Source of the DNA: Candidatus Hadarchaeota archaeon
GTDB taxonomy: Archaea; Hadarchaeota; Hadarchaeia; Hadarchaeales; Hadarchaeaceae
Assembly (NCBI GenBank): GCA_040757795.1
Contig: JBFLWG010000001.1
Location: forward strand, 1 to 46,784
Direction: 5' to 3'
DNA: 46,784 bases
This document shows, one piece after another, positions 25,824 through 34,688 of this stretch (position 1 is the stretch's first letter; each line of letters opens with the position of its first letter). A program made the translations under genes and the position numbers. The notes under the pieces are model-generated. The model saw only the letters and a program-made list of their open reading frames with translations, was not told where the DNA came from and made no database searches.

Positions 25824-26507
25824 CTAAAACAGTACAAGGCCGCTCAGCTCGGCCAGGTTGCCGGCCCGTTCTATCGGGAGGTCAGAGAAGTACTGGTAGC
25901 TCCTCGGGTCACTTTTGGCGATTACAAAAAGGGAATAATTTCCTGCCTCCCTCACGGAGCTGTATTTTTCTGGAACTTCCCCCACGATCTTGAGGACGCC
26001 CGTGGAGTCGATGCTGGCCGTTACGACCGCGCCCTGATTTACAATGTTGGGGGTCCTGTTCTCCGCAGCGTTGATCGAGGCCACCATCAGCACGGCCGCG
26101 GCAGCGCTGGCAGACGGCCCGGCAATTGTCGTCAGGGGGCCGATGTTGTCTATTGAAACCACTATGTCAACGGTGTTCAGGTTCCTGCCTGTGTAAAGGC
26201 TGGCCGCTGCCCTGGCATCCCTGGCAGCCTGCTGCGTGTCCTCGTTCTCATAAGGCGGGACCTCTATCAGGAGGCGGCCGCTCCCTGACCTGACCTCCAC
26301 GCTCAGGTTGGCAAGCTGCCCCCGTCCCGTGCTCTTGTCCACGCCGACTATCGTGATTGAACGGGTGTATGAAGAGTCGCCGGAAAGCTGGAGGGCCGGG
26401 TAACCCTGTATCCAGATTGCGGCGACCGTCAACCCCAACAGCATCCCCAAGGTGAAAGAGATCGCGAGCAGGGGCGTGACGATGTCTTTCTTCTTCTTGC
26501 GCGCCAT
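25824..26507 (-). CDS. Membrane-anchored Lon-type (S16) protease domain protein without an ATPase module
   Basis: MARKKKKD plus a TM helix, then a Lon proteolytic-domain-like IAGPSASAAAAVLMVAS (Ser) and VGEVPEKYSSVREAG (Lys). Confidence 0.6.
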   Translation of the reverse strand: MARKKKKDIVTPLLAISFTLGMLLGLTVAAIWIQGYPALQLSGDSSYTRSITIVGVDKSTGRGQLANLSVEVRSGSGRLLIEVPPYENEDTQQAARDARAAASLYTGRNLNTVDIVVSIDNIGPLTTIAGPSASAAAAVLMVASINAAENRTPNIVNQGAVVTASIDSTGVLKIVGEVPEKYSSVREAGNYSLFVIAKSDPRSYQYFSDLPIERAGNLAELSGLVLF

Positions 26508-26563
26508 TTTCCACACCAGATATAGAAAACCTCTCAACTTTATAGGCTTGGCCCAAAGGTAAT

Positions 26564-27559
26564 GTGGTGAAGCTTACGACATCCGCGCAAGAAAAAATCT
26601 CTCAAAGACTCGGCCAGAAGGTGTTCATAACTGGGGTGGCCGGGTTCATAGGTGGCCACCTTAGCGAAAGACTGCTGAAGATGGGCTTGGAAGTCTCGGG
26701 AATAGACAACCTCTCGAACGGGCTGGAAGACAACATCTCCGCGGCGATGGGCAGCTCAAAATTCAAGCTCCTTCGCGGAGACATCATGAACCCGCGGGAC
26801 CTCTCCAACTGTTGCAGGGGGGTCAGCACAATCGTCCACCTCGCGGCGCAGCCGAGCGTGGCGAAGTCCGTCGAGAACCCACTCTGGGACTTTGAACAGA
26901 ACGTTGCCGCAACGCTCAGGGCTCTCGAGGAGGCCAGGAGGAACGACGCAGCTTTCATCTTCGCCAGCTCCTCGACTGTCTACGGGGAGGCCTCGCTGCC
27001 GACCCCAGAGGACCACCCGCTCAAGCCGATATCCAACTACGGGGCGGCAAAAGTCGCGGGGGAGATCTACTGCGGCGCCTACTCCCACCTCTACGGGATT
27101 GATACAGTGTCTCTGAGGTTTTACAACATCTACGGGCCGCGCGGCAGGAAGGGCGTGATGTTCGACCTCCTGAGGAAGCTCCAGAACAACAACCTCAAGC
27201 TGGAAGTGCTTGGGACGGGGGCCCAAGAGAAGGACTATATCCACATAGACGACGCCCTCGACGCCCTGCTCATCGCCGTTGGCAAGGGGAAGATGAAGGG
27301 CGAGAGCTACAACGTCGGGTCTGGCGAGAGCTACAACGTGAAGCAGCTCGTCAAGATAATCCTGGACAAGCTCGGGCTTGAGGGCAGGACCAAGGTTTTC
27401 TACAAGGGCGGGCTCTCATGGCCTGGCGACGTGCAGAAGACCCGCGCCGACATCTCACGGATCATGAAGCTGGGGTTCTCGCCGAACGTCAGCATCGAGG
27501 AAGGACTGCACAAGTTCATGAAGTGGTATGAAGGGGAGTACGGGGAAATTTTGAGCTGA
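26564..27559 (+). CDS. NAD-dependent nucleotide-sugar epimerase/dehydratase (extended SDR)
   Basis: VFITGVAGFIGGHL (GxxGxxG), SSSTVYG, YGAAK (YxxxK). Confidence 0.88.
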   Translation: MVKLTTSAQEKISQRLGQKVFITGVAGFIGGHLSERLLKMGLEVSGIDNLSNGLEDNISAAMGSSKFKLLRGDIMNPRDLSNCCRGVSTIVHLAAQPSVAKSVENPLWDFEQNVAATLRALEEARRNDAAFIFASSSTVYGEASLPTPEDHPLKPISNYGAAKVAGEIYCGAYSHLYGIDTVSLRFYNIYGPRGRKGVMFDLLRKLQNNNLKLEVLGTGAQEKDYIHIDDALDALLIAVGKGKMKGESYNVGSGESYNVKQLVKIILDKLGLEGRTKVFYKGGLSWPGDVQKTRADISRIMKLGFSPNVSIEEGLHKFMKWYEGEYGEILS

Positions 27560-27562
27560 GAT

Positions 27563-29155
27563 TCATCTTCCTGCTTTGATTTCCTCTATCTGGCTCGTGA
27601 ACTTCCTGTAAGCCTCAGTGGCCTTCAGCTTCTCGACGTCCCTCTTGTAAAGGTCGTCTTTCATCTTCCTTCCAACTTGGGCCTCCCACTCTTCGAAGGA
27701 TATGCCCTGGTCTTTCTGGCCCTTGTCCCGGTACCACTCAGGGATGACGTTGAAAGCGCAGAATGGAATCACCCTGCTGTCGGTCATGGTGTAGTGGATG
27801 CAGCACCGTTTCACCCTCTCGATATCGTAGTTGTACAGGTCCATGAAATGCATCATGCCGATGAAAAGCGACTTCATGTGGAACTGCCCGACCGCGCCGT
27901 AGTCGTGCTTTACAAAAGCGTTGAAGATTATTTTGTCCACGTCCAGGTTTTTCGGCTTTTTCTTCTTGTCAATGAACTTCCCGATGTTGTAAAGCAGCTT
28001 CGTCCCGACGAGGAGCTTGCTCTTCCCGCCCTTGAGCTCCTGAGTCTTTTCGCCCAGGTACTCCAAGAGACCCTCAACATCTATGAACCTTGTCAAGGGC
28101 ACCAGCCTGCCGTCGTCCTCAAACACATATGTGGCCGCCCCGCAAGCGAAGTGGCTGCTGAGGTCGTACATCGGCTTGCCAGTCAAGGCTTCCACGAACT
28201 CGCTGATTGTCATCGCCGCCGGGACGGAGAAAAAGTCGTTCATCGTTATCTCTCCGTTCGTTTGCTCCTCGATGCGCTTGATGACGTCGGGAATCGTTAT
28301 TCTGTAGCGCTCGCGCTCTTCCTTTGGCATTCTACCCACCAATGAGACTGGCTGGAAGTTAACGCCCCGGATCACATCCATGTTCTTGAACCCGTACTTC
28401 AGGATGTCGCCGACCTCGTGGTCATTCACCGAATTTATGACTGTCGGGACAAGCACCACCCCGAGCCCGGCATTCCTGGCATTCTCTATCGCCTGCGGGA
28501 TTTCCCAGTGGTTCTTAGGGTTGGTCTTCTCGGTGACTCCGTCAAAGCTCAGGTAGAGGGTGTTGACCCCGGCGTCCCTCACCCGCCTGACCAGCTCTGC
28601 ATCGCCTGACAGCTTTACTCCGTCTGTGTTCAGCTGGATGTGGTCGAAGCCGTAAGACCTCGCCAGCTTTATGATATCTATCAGGTCTTTACGAAGCGTT
28701 GGCTCCCCGCCCGTCAGTTGCAGAGCGTTGCATGGGATGGGGCGCTCGCTTTTCAGAATCTTCATCATTTTGTCTATGTCTTCCATAGATGGCTCGTAGA
28801 CGTAGCCGACCCTGCCAGCGTAGAAAAAGCAGTACCAGCATGTCAGGTCGCAGCGGTTCGTCAGCACCACATTTGCCAGTGCCGTGTGGCTCAGGTGCAA
28901 AGTGCATAGCCCGCAGTCCTTCGGACACACAATTGCATCCTTCTCGATCTGGGGGTTCTCCACCCCTTTGCCGTCGCGCGCGTAACCCTCGGCGCGCTTG
29001 TACCACTCGTATGAGCCGGAGTAAAGGTCCTCGAACTCCCCATGCTCATTGCATGTCTTTTTTATCCAGACCTTCCCGTCCCGCTCGAAAATCGTCGCTG
29101 GGAGTATTTTCAAGCACTCGGGACAAATCGAGCCAGTCTTAGCCAACTCCTTCAT
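27563..29155 (-). CDS. Radical SAM enzyme with an N-terminal Zn-ribbon; candidate tetraether lipid synthase (Tes / MJ0619-like)
   Basis: CPEC...CNEHG ribbon, rSAM motif CDLTCWYC, 530 aa, divergently adjacent to CDP-archaeol synthase. The rSAM call is solid. The Tes assignment is inferred from architecture and context. Confidence 0.8.
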   Translation of the reverse strand: MKELAKTGSICPECLKILPATIFERDGKVWIKKTCNEHGEFEDLYSGSYEWYKRAEGYARDGKGVENPQIEKDAIVCPKDCGLCTLHLSHTALANVVLTNRCDLTCWYCFFYAGRVGYVYEPSMEDIDKMMKILKSERPIPCNALQLTGGEPTLRKDLIDIIKLARSYGFDHIQLNTDGVKLSGDAELVRRVRDAGVNTLYLSFDGVTEKTNPKNHWEIPQAIENARNAGLGVVLVPTVINSVNDHEVGDILKYGFKNMDVIRGVNFQPVSLVGRMPKEERERYRITIPDVIKRIEEQTNGEITMNDFFSVPAAMTISEFVEALTGKPMYDLSSHFACGAATYVFEDDGRLVPLTRFIDVEGLLEYLGEKTQELKGGKSKLLVGTKLLYNIGKFIDKKKKPKNLDVDKIIFNAFVKHDYGAVGQFHMKSLFIGMMHFMDLYNYDIERVKRCCIHYTMTDSRVIPFCAFNVIPEWYRDKGQKDQGISFEEWEAQVGRKMKDDLYKRDVEKLKATEAYRKFTSQIEEIKAGR

Positions 29156-29264
29156 GTTGCGCCACTTACAACTGAAAAGGGGCGCTTCTTAAAGTTTGTC
29201 AAACATTTTGAACCTCGCTACTGTGGTTAAATGTCGCTCTGTGGAATAGTGAGTGAGGTGAAAA

Positions 29265-29765
29265 ATGGAGCTGCTTGGGCTGCTCGGCGCTGCCATCTGG
29301 TTCATCCTGCCGGCATACGTTGCTAACGGCGCCCCAGTGGTGCTGGGAGGGGGCCGGCCGATTGACGGCGGAAGGAAGTTCAGGGACGGCCGCCCAATCT
29401 TCGGCCCCGGGAAGACCGTAAGGGGTTTCATCGCGGGGCTTGTGGCCGGCTCAGTCTTTGGCGCTCTGCAGGCCGCGGCATCCGGAAACATTTTTTTAGC
29501 AGCTGTTGGATTCCTTCTCTCTTTGGGGGCCTTGGTGGGGGACCTCTTTGGAAGCTTCTTAAAACGCAGGCTGAATGTGCCGCGGGGAGGGGCAGCTCCT
29601 TTGCTCGACCAGATGGGATTTGTAGTCTTTGCCATGATTTTCGCCAGCCCGTTATCTTTTCCCGGATGGGGCGTAGTTGCTGTCTTGCTTATCATGACCC
29701 CGCTCATCCACTTGGGCACCAACTACTGCGCCTACAAGCTGGGGCTGAAGGACAGGCCTTACTGA
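29265..29765 (+). CDS. carS: CDP-archaeol synthase
   Basis: LPAYVANGAPV, DGGRKFRDGRPIFGPGKTVRGF, VGDLFGSFLKRR. 166 aa polytopic. GAGGTG sits before the ATG. Confidence 0.85.
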   Translation: MELLGLLGAAIWFILPAYVANGAPVVLGGGRPIDGGRKFRDGRPIFGPGKTVRGFIAGLVAGSVFGALQAAASGNIFLAAVGFLLSLGALVGDLFGSFLKRRLNVPRGGAAPLLDQMGFVVFAMIFASPLSFPGWGVVAVLLIMTPLIHLGTNYCAYKLGLKDRPY

Positions 29766-29774
29766 GATGACATT

Positions 29775-30725
29775 ATGAAGAAGTATGATGTCTTTGGGAT
29801 CGGGACTGCGCTTGTGGACTACTTCGCCAAGTGCACGGAGGACTTCCTTTCAAAAAACAACCTGATCAAGGGCGCAACCAACATGGTTCCGCGGGAAAGG
29901 CTTGACGAGCTGCACTCCAGGCTGGCCGACTCCGTCTTCCTGCAGCTTCCCGGGGACAACGCGCGCAACACCTGCGAGGGGGTGACATACCTTGGAGGAA
30001 AAACCGCGTACGCCAGCTCGGTCGGCGAAGACCCTGAGGGGGAATTCTTCGAGAAGAGCATTGCCGCGAGGGGCATAACCCCCTACGTCGTGAGGAAGCC
30101 AGGGAGGACGGGAAAGATCATCGCGCTCATAACAAGAGACGGACAGAGGACCTTCGCCGTTGACCTGGGGAACGGCAGCGACCTGAACTCCGTTCCTGCC
30201 GAAGAGATAAAAAACTCAAACTACCTCTACCTAACTTCGATAACCCTGCTGGCCTCCGGAAGCATCTCCGGGGTGGCTAGGGACGCTATCGAAACTGCCA
30301 GGCAGCACGGCGTGAAGATCGCGCTTTCTCTCGAGAGCCCGCCAATGATTGCCGAAAACAGGGCTAGGCTGCTGAGGACCGTGGAGCTTGCCGATGCCCT
30401 CTTCGCAAACTCGGAGGAGCTGGAGGCCCTGGCCGGCGAGCCTGTCGGGAAAAATGCTAAAATCGTGACAGACCGCGTCGGGCTGATGTTCCTGAAAAGG
30501 GACAGGAACGGCTCGACAGTCTTCTCGCAGGGCGGGAAGTTCCTCATCCCAGCATACTCCCAAAATCCATTGGACACCACGGGGGCCGGAGACTTTTACT
30601 CTGCGGGAGTCCTGTTCGCTCTCGGCCGGGGGAAGTCCCCTGAGGAGGCTGGCCATGTTGGGGCAAAGCTTGCTGCAAAAGTTGTGGAAAGGTTCGGCGC
30701 TACCGCCTACGACCCGGCTCCATGA
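29775..30725 (+). CDS. PfkB family carbohydrate/nucleoside kinase
   Basis: N-terminal VFGIGTALVD and C-terminal DTTGAGDFY motif. Confidence 0.85.
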   Translation: MKKYDVFGIGTALVDYFAKCTEDFLSKNNLIKGATNMVPRERLDELHSRLADSVFLQLPGDNARNTCEGVTYLGGKTAYASSVGEDPEGEFFEKSIAARGITPYVVRKPGRTGKIIALITRDGQRTFAVDLGNGSDLNSVPAEEIKNSNYLYLTSITLLASGSISGVARDAIETARQHGVKIALSLESPPMIAENRARLLRTVELADALFANSEELEALAGEPVGKNAKIVTDRVGLMFLKRDRNGSTVFSQGGKFLIPAYSQNPLDTTGAGDFYSAGVLFALGRGKSPEEAGHVGAKLAAKVVERFGATAYDPAP

Positions 30726-31146
30726 CCTCCCACGGGAATATCAACCACTTGTTGGTGACTAAAATGGAGTAGTCTGGCTTGAACCTCGAGCATGGCTTGC
30801 AGGCAATCGTGGCGACCTTGACTTTCGCTCCCTTTTTCTTCAGGTGGTTGACGATGAATTCAAGGCTCACTCCAGTGTCCGCGACGTCGTCGACTACGAG
30901 AACTTTTCCCTTGAGCGGGCCGCAATCCGACACCAGCGTGGGCGCTTTCATGCGCTGGCGGCCGTTGTAGTACCTTATGTGGATCACCCGGAACTCGCTG
31001 TCCAGGATGTGGGAAATCTTCACCGCTGGGACAAGCCCGCCCCTCGCTACCCCGACGACAAAGTCCGGCGTGAAGTCCTTTTTCACCATCTTCGCCAGCT
31101 TCTCGATGGCCTTCTCCACCTTCTGCCAGCTCATCAAAAGCTCCAT
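30700..31146 (-). CDS. Purine phosphoribosyltransferase (Gpt-like)
   Basis: VGVARGGLVP and the PRPP loop VLVVDDVADTGVSL. C-terminal FPWE. Confidence 0.85.
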   Translation of the reverse strand: MELLMSWQKVEKAIEKLAKMVKKDFTPDFVVGVARGGLVPAVKISHILDSEFRVIHIRYYNGRQRMKAPTLVSDCGPLKGKVLVVDDVADTGVSLEFIVNHLKKKGAKVKVATIACKPCSRFKPDYSILVTNKWLIFPWEVMEPGRRR

Positions 31147-31188
31147 GACGTCACGTGATTAACTCGAAGGCGGCGCTAAAAACTGTTG

Positions 31189-32103
31189 CTAGTGGCCCTT
31201 ATTCTTGACGAGGCTGCAGATGAACGGATCCTTGCACGTCTTGCACTCCAGCTGGATGGTGGTGTGGAAGATGTCGAACTTCCTGAGCTTGGATGTTATC
31301 TCGTCCAGGATTGCCCCCGCCTTGCTTACCATCTGGTTCTCTATCATCACGTGGGTGCTCATGGCGTTTATCCCGGTGCTTATGGACCAGAAGTGGAAGT
31401 CGTGGACCTCGATGACCCCGTCCACCTTTTTTATCTCCTTAATCACCTCGCCTGCGTCTATCCCCTTTGGAGTCGACTCAAGGAGAACGCTGCTGGACTC
31501 CCAGATCAACCCAATCGCTCCCCGCAGGATTATCGCGCCTATAAAAATTCCCATCAAAGAGTCTACTAAGAAGTATCCCGTCAAAAGAATCACCAGCGCC
31601 GAAACGATGACCCCCATTGAAGATATTGTATCGCCGATGACATGCAGGAACGCCCCCTTCACGTTCAAACTTTCTTCCTTGATATGCCTCATGAAATAAA
31701 TGGCGATTAAATTTGCAACCAACCCGATGAAAGCCACTGCCAGCATCAGCCCTCCCCTGACCTCCGGCGGCCCTATGAGGCGGTGGTAAGCCTCGAGAAA
31801 CACGAAAGAAGACACCAGCACCAGAAGGATGCCGTTCGCGAGCGCTGCCATGATCTCCAGCCTGTAAAAACCATAGGTCCTGCGCGTAGTCGGTTCCCTG
31901 GTGGCGAACCTTAGCGCCGCGATGCTCATTCCGAGGGCAAGGGCATCCATGAACATGTGCGCGGAATCCCCTATGAGGGCGAGACTGTTGCTCAGAAGCC
32001 CGCCAACAATCTCCGCTACCATCACTACAACTACCACTGAAAAAGCCAGCATCAGGGCGCGCCGGGTCCCCGCATATCCTCGGCCTGTGAAGCGATGCAA
32101 CAT
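31189..32103 (-). CDS. Cation diffusion facilitator (Zn/Co/Cd efflux) transporter
   Basis: SNSLALIGDSAHMFMDALAL, HVIGDTISS, and a C-terminal cytoplasmic domain with HDFHFW. Confidence 0.9.
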   Translation of the reverse strand: MLHRFTGRGYAGTRRALMLAFSVVVVVMVAEIVGGLLSNSLALIGDSAHMFMDALALGMSIAALRFATREPTTRRTYGFYRLEIMAALANGILLVLVSSFVFLEAYHRLIGPPEVRGGLMLAVAFIGLVANLIAIYFMRHIKEESLNVKGAFLHVIGDTISSMGVIVSALVILLTGYFLVDSLMGIFIGAIILRGAIGLIWESSSVLLESTPKGIDAGEVIKEIKKVDGVIEVHDFHFWSISTGINAMSTHVMIENQMVSKAGAILDEITSKLRKFDIFHTTIQLECKTCKDPFICSLVKNKGH

Positions 32104-32157
32104 GTAACCTCCAAAAATGTTTAATCCTCAGCCGATAAAACAATGTACGGGGTCAGG

Positions 32158-32331
32158 ATGGGGAGATACAGCGGGACATGCCCGATATGCGGCAGGGAAA
32201 ATGAGGACCTTCACCACTGCAAGGTTTGCGGCGCCGACGTTTGCCACGGGTGCTTTGTCTCGGATGTCCACACCTGCACTGGCTGCATGAGGAAGGGGCT
32301 GTGGGTGGGGCCGCTCAAGCACGAAGAGTGA
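32158..32331 (+). CDS. Small Cys-rich double zinc-ribbon protein
   Basis: Four CxxC pairs (CPIC, CKVC, CHGC, CTGC) in about 57 aa. The alternative ATG at 32143 adds 5 aa. The stop overlaps the next gene's GTG. Confidence 0.5.
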   Translation: MGRYSGTCPICGRENEDLHHCKVCGADVCHGCFVSDVHTCTGCMRKGLWVGPLKHEE

Positions 32332-32741
32332 GACCCGGTGGAAAATTGCCGCTGACGGAAAAAGCAGTGAATGAAATCGAAGAAATTCTGCTTCAGATTA
32401 AAGAGTTGGCATCCGAAGGCGCAACGATTCTTGTTGAGGGGGACACAGACGTGAGGGGGCTCAGGAGCCTCGGCATCTCTGGCGATATTAGAAAAATAAC
32501 CGGGGGGAAGAGCCTTCTGAACTTTCTGGAAGGACTCTCGGGAGTACCTGCGGTCGTGATCCTGACTGATTTTGACCGGACTGGTGAGCGACTCAGCAAG
32601 TTCTGCTCGAAACATCTGGCGAGTCTCGGCGTTAAAACCATAAACGAACCGAGGAGAATGCTGAAAAGCATTGCCGGAAGGGAGATAAAAGAAATCGCGG
32701 ACCTGTCGAAGGCCCTACTGAAGCTTCGCGATGCAGGCTAA
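32328..32741 (+). CDS. Small Toprim domain protein (archaeal UPF0292-like, from memory)
   Basis: ILVEGDTDV (Toprim Glu) and VILTDFDRTGE (DxD). GTG 32328 is in frame with the track ORF at 32226 and overlaps the upstream stop (GTGA). Confidence 0.7.
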   Translation: MRPGGKLPLTEKAVNEIEEILLQIKELASEGATILVEGDTDVRGLRSLGISGDIRKITGGKSLLNFLEGLSGVPAVVILTDFDRTGERLSKFCSKHLASLGVKTINEPRRMLKSIAGREIKEIADLSKALLKLRDAG

Positions 32742-33337
32742 CTTTTTGAAATCCATGACAGAAACTTTTCCACGATTGCTGGCTTTATCCCTATCGCCAG
32801 GAACTCCTCTTTTATTTCCTTGCGGCTCCTGCCCTGCTTCCCGAGCTTGATGTAGACCTTCTTCATTGTTTCGTAGACCTCGTGGGGGAACCATATCCAG
32901 GCGTCGGTCTTTCTGGCGCAGAACTCCGGCGTTATCACAGACCAGGGCTTGCAGTAGAGTGCGCAGATTTTGACCTCTTTAGCACCCTGCTTCACGAGGT
33001 GATCCCTCACCATCTTCAGGCTCTTCCCGGAGTCGGCGATGTCATCTACCAGAAGAATCTTTTTTCCTTTGACATCTATCGGGAGCGGTTGGGTTATCTC
33101 CGGCTTCTTGAGCGTCTTGTAAATATCGATGTAGTGCTCTACCCTGATTGTTGCGATGTTCTCGTTCTCAAGAAGGTCCGAGAGAATTCTGCCGGGAATC
33201 CAGCCGCCCCTCGCCAGCGCCACTAGGAGGTCCGGCTTGTACCTGCTCCGCCTTATCTGGTCGACGACTTGGATACAGAGCTCGTAGATGAAGTCCCAGC
33301 TCGGCACCTCGTACTTGATCGGTTTTTTGGACGCCAT
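32738..33337 (-). CDS. Purine phosphoribosyltransferase paralog with a ~50-aa C-terminal extension
   Basis: LARGGWIPG, PRPP loop ILLVDDIADSGKSL, FPHE. Confidence 0.85.
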   Translation of the reverse strand: MASKKPIKYEVPSWDFIYELCIQVVDQIRRSRYKPDLLVALARGGWIPGRILSDLLENENIATIRVEHYIDIYKTLKKPEITQPLPIDVKGKKILLVDDIADSGKSLKMVRDHLVKQGAKEVKICALYCKPWSVITPEFCARKTDAWIWFPHEVYETMKKVYIKLGKQGRSRKEIKEEFLAIGIKPAIVEKFLSWISKS

Positions 33338-33415
33338 GATGACGTTAAATATCTTCTTTTTGAGGTAGTTTAACCATTTTGGAGAAGGATTAAAACTCTC
33401 ATTATGCGCGGTTGC

Positions 33416-34051
33416 CTAAAGGTAGTCCAACAGCTGGGGGAAGTGTTCGAAATCCGTTATGACAACGTCGGCGACTTTTGCGAGCTCCTGGTTATTTCCA
33501 ATCGCCACTCCAAGCCCAGCTGCTTCCAAGAATTTCACATCATACTTGCTGTCGCCGACCGCCACGCACTCGTTTTGGCCGATCCCCAGGTCAGCCGCCA
33601 GCTTTCCCAGCACCTTGTCCTTTTTGCTCGGCTCCACTCTGAAAATCCCCTCGCCAGTCAGGCGCCCGTCCCTCCCGGCTTCTAGGCCGTTCGCAAAAAC
33701 CAGAGGAATCCCGAGCTCGCGCGCGACATCGTCCGCGAGAAGGTCGAGCCCGCCTGTTACTATCGCAGTCTTGTAGCCGCGGCGCTGTATCTCCCCGACC
33801 ACCTCCCTGACGTTTGGGGCTATCCTGTATGAGGCCAGAGCTTCCCTGACCTCTTCCACGAGTGGGAGGGGCCGCCAGAGTGATATGTCCAGGCGCATGA
33901 ACTCCGGGTAGTCTATCTCCCCCCGCTCATAAGCCGCCACGTTCGGACATGCCGCGTCGTGGGTGCCGAAGCGCCTGTGCAGCACCGCCCAGCAGCTGTC
34001 CTCCACGACGAGGGTGCCGTCCATGTCAAAGGCTATCAGCCTGTACTTCAT
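33416..34051 (-). CDS. HAD-IB hydrolase (phosphoserine phosphatase-like)
   Basis: IAFDMDGTLV (DxDGT), IVTGG, and VGDSKYD near the C-terminus. Confidence 0.8.
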   Translation of the reverse strand: MKYRLIAFDMDGTLVVEDSCWAVLHRRFGTHDAACPNVAAYERGEIDYPEFMRLDISLWRPLPLVEEVREALASYRIAPNVREVVGEIQRRGYKTAIVTGGLDLLADDVARELGIPLVFANGLEAGRDGRLTGEGIFRVEPSKKDKVLGKLAADLGIGQNECVAVGDSKYDVKFLEAAGLGVAIGNNQELAKVADVVITDFEHFPQLLDYL

Positions 34052-34099
34052 CTGACCAACAACTGATTTATCCCTGGGTTAATATCGATTGGTGAGACC

Positions 34100-34552
34100 G
34101 TGCAGTGGATTGCATTCCTGGTGACGCTGGTCCCTTTCATCGAACTTAGGGGAGGAATACTGCTGGCAGTTGCGGCGGGGTATGACCCTGCCCTCGCGTT
34201 CGTGGTCTGCGTCCTCCTCAACATCCTCATCATACCTCTGGCTTTCGCGATACTCGATGTCATAGTGCCGCCGCTCAGGCGCAGGTCCAAGACCGCGAGA
34301 CGGTTGTACGGCTGGGCAGTCAGTAGGGTGAAAAAACACGAGGGGTTGAGTATGGCGGGACTCGCAATCTTCGTCGGGGTGCCGCTGCCAGGGACGGGGG
34401 CCTACGCCGGAGCCCTGCTGGCAGACCTCATCGGCATGGAAAGGAAGAAGGCGGCGCTGGCCATTGCCATCGGAGTGGTGATAGCTGGGGCGTTGCTGTG
34501 GTTGTTAGCAGTTGTCGGTCTGTTCTTCGTCAAAGGCCTAACTCCTCCGTGA
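34100..34552 (+). CDS. Small membrane protein of the putative small multidrug export family (COG2426-like)
   Basis: LVPFIELRGGILLAVAAG at the N-terminus and GVPLPGTGAYAGA. 4 TM. GTG start. Confidence 0.6.
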   Translation: MQWIAFLVTLVPFIELRGGILLAVAAGYDPALAFVVCVLLNILIIPLAFAILDVIVPPLRRRSKTARRLYGWAVSRVKKHEGLSMAGLAIFVGVPLPGTGAYAGALLADLIGMERKKAALAIAIGVVIAGALLWLLAVVGLFFVKGLTPP

Positions 34553-34572
34553 GTTGTTATAATTATAACAAC
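34553..34572. promoter_or_regulatory. Perfect 20-bp palindrome GTTGTTATAATTATAACAAC followed by a T-tract, between the export-protein stop and dnaG
   Basis: Self-complementary, as read directly. It contains TATA-like TTATAA on both strands. GGCAGCTTTTT follows. Confidence 0.4.
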
Positions 34573-34688
34573 GGCAGCTTTTTAGGCCCAAAACATCAGA
34601 GAAAATTGTTCACAAATCAAGCCAGATCACACTCAACTTGTTCTGGCAGAGGGGCGTTTTGCCCTTGGAAGAGAAAGACATTCAAGCA

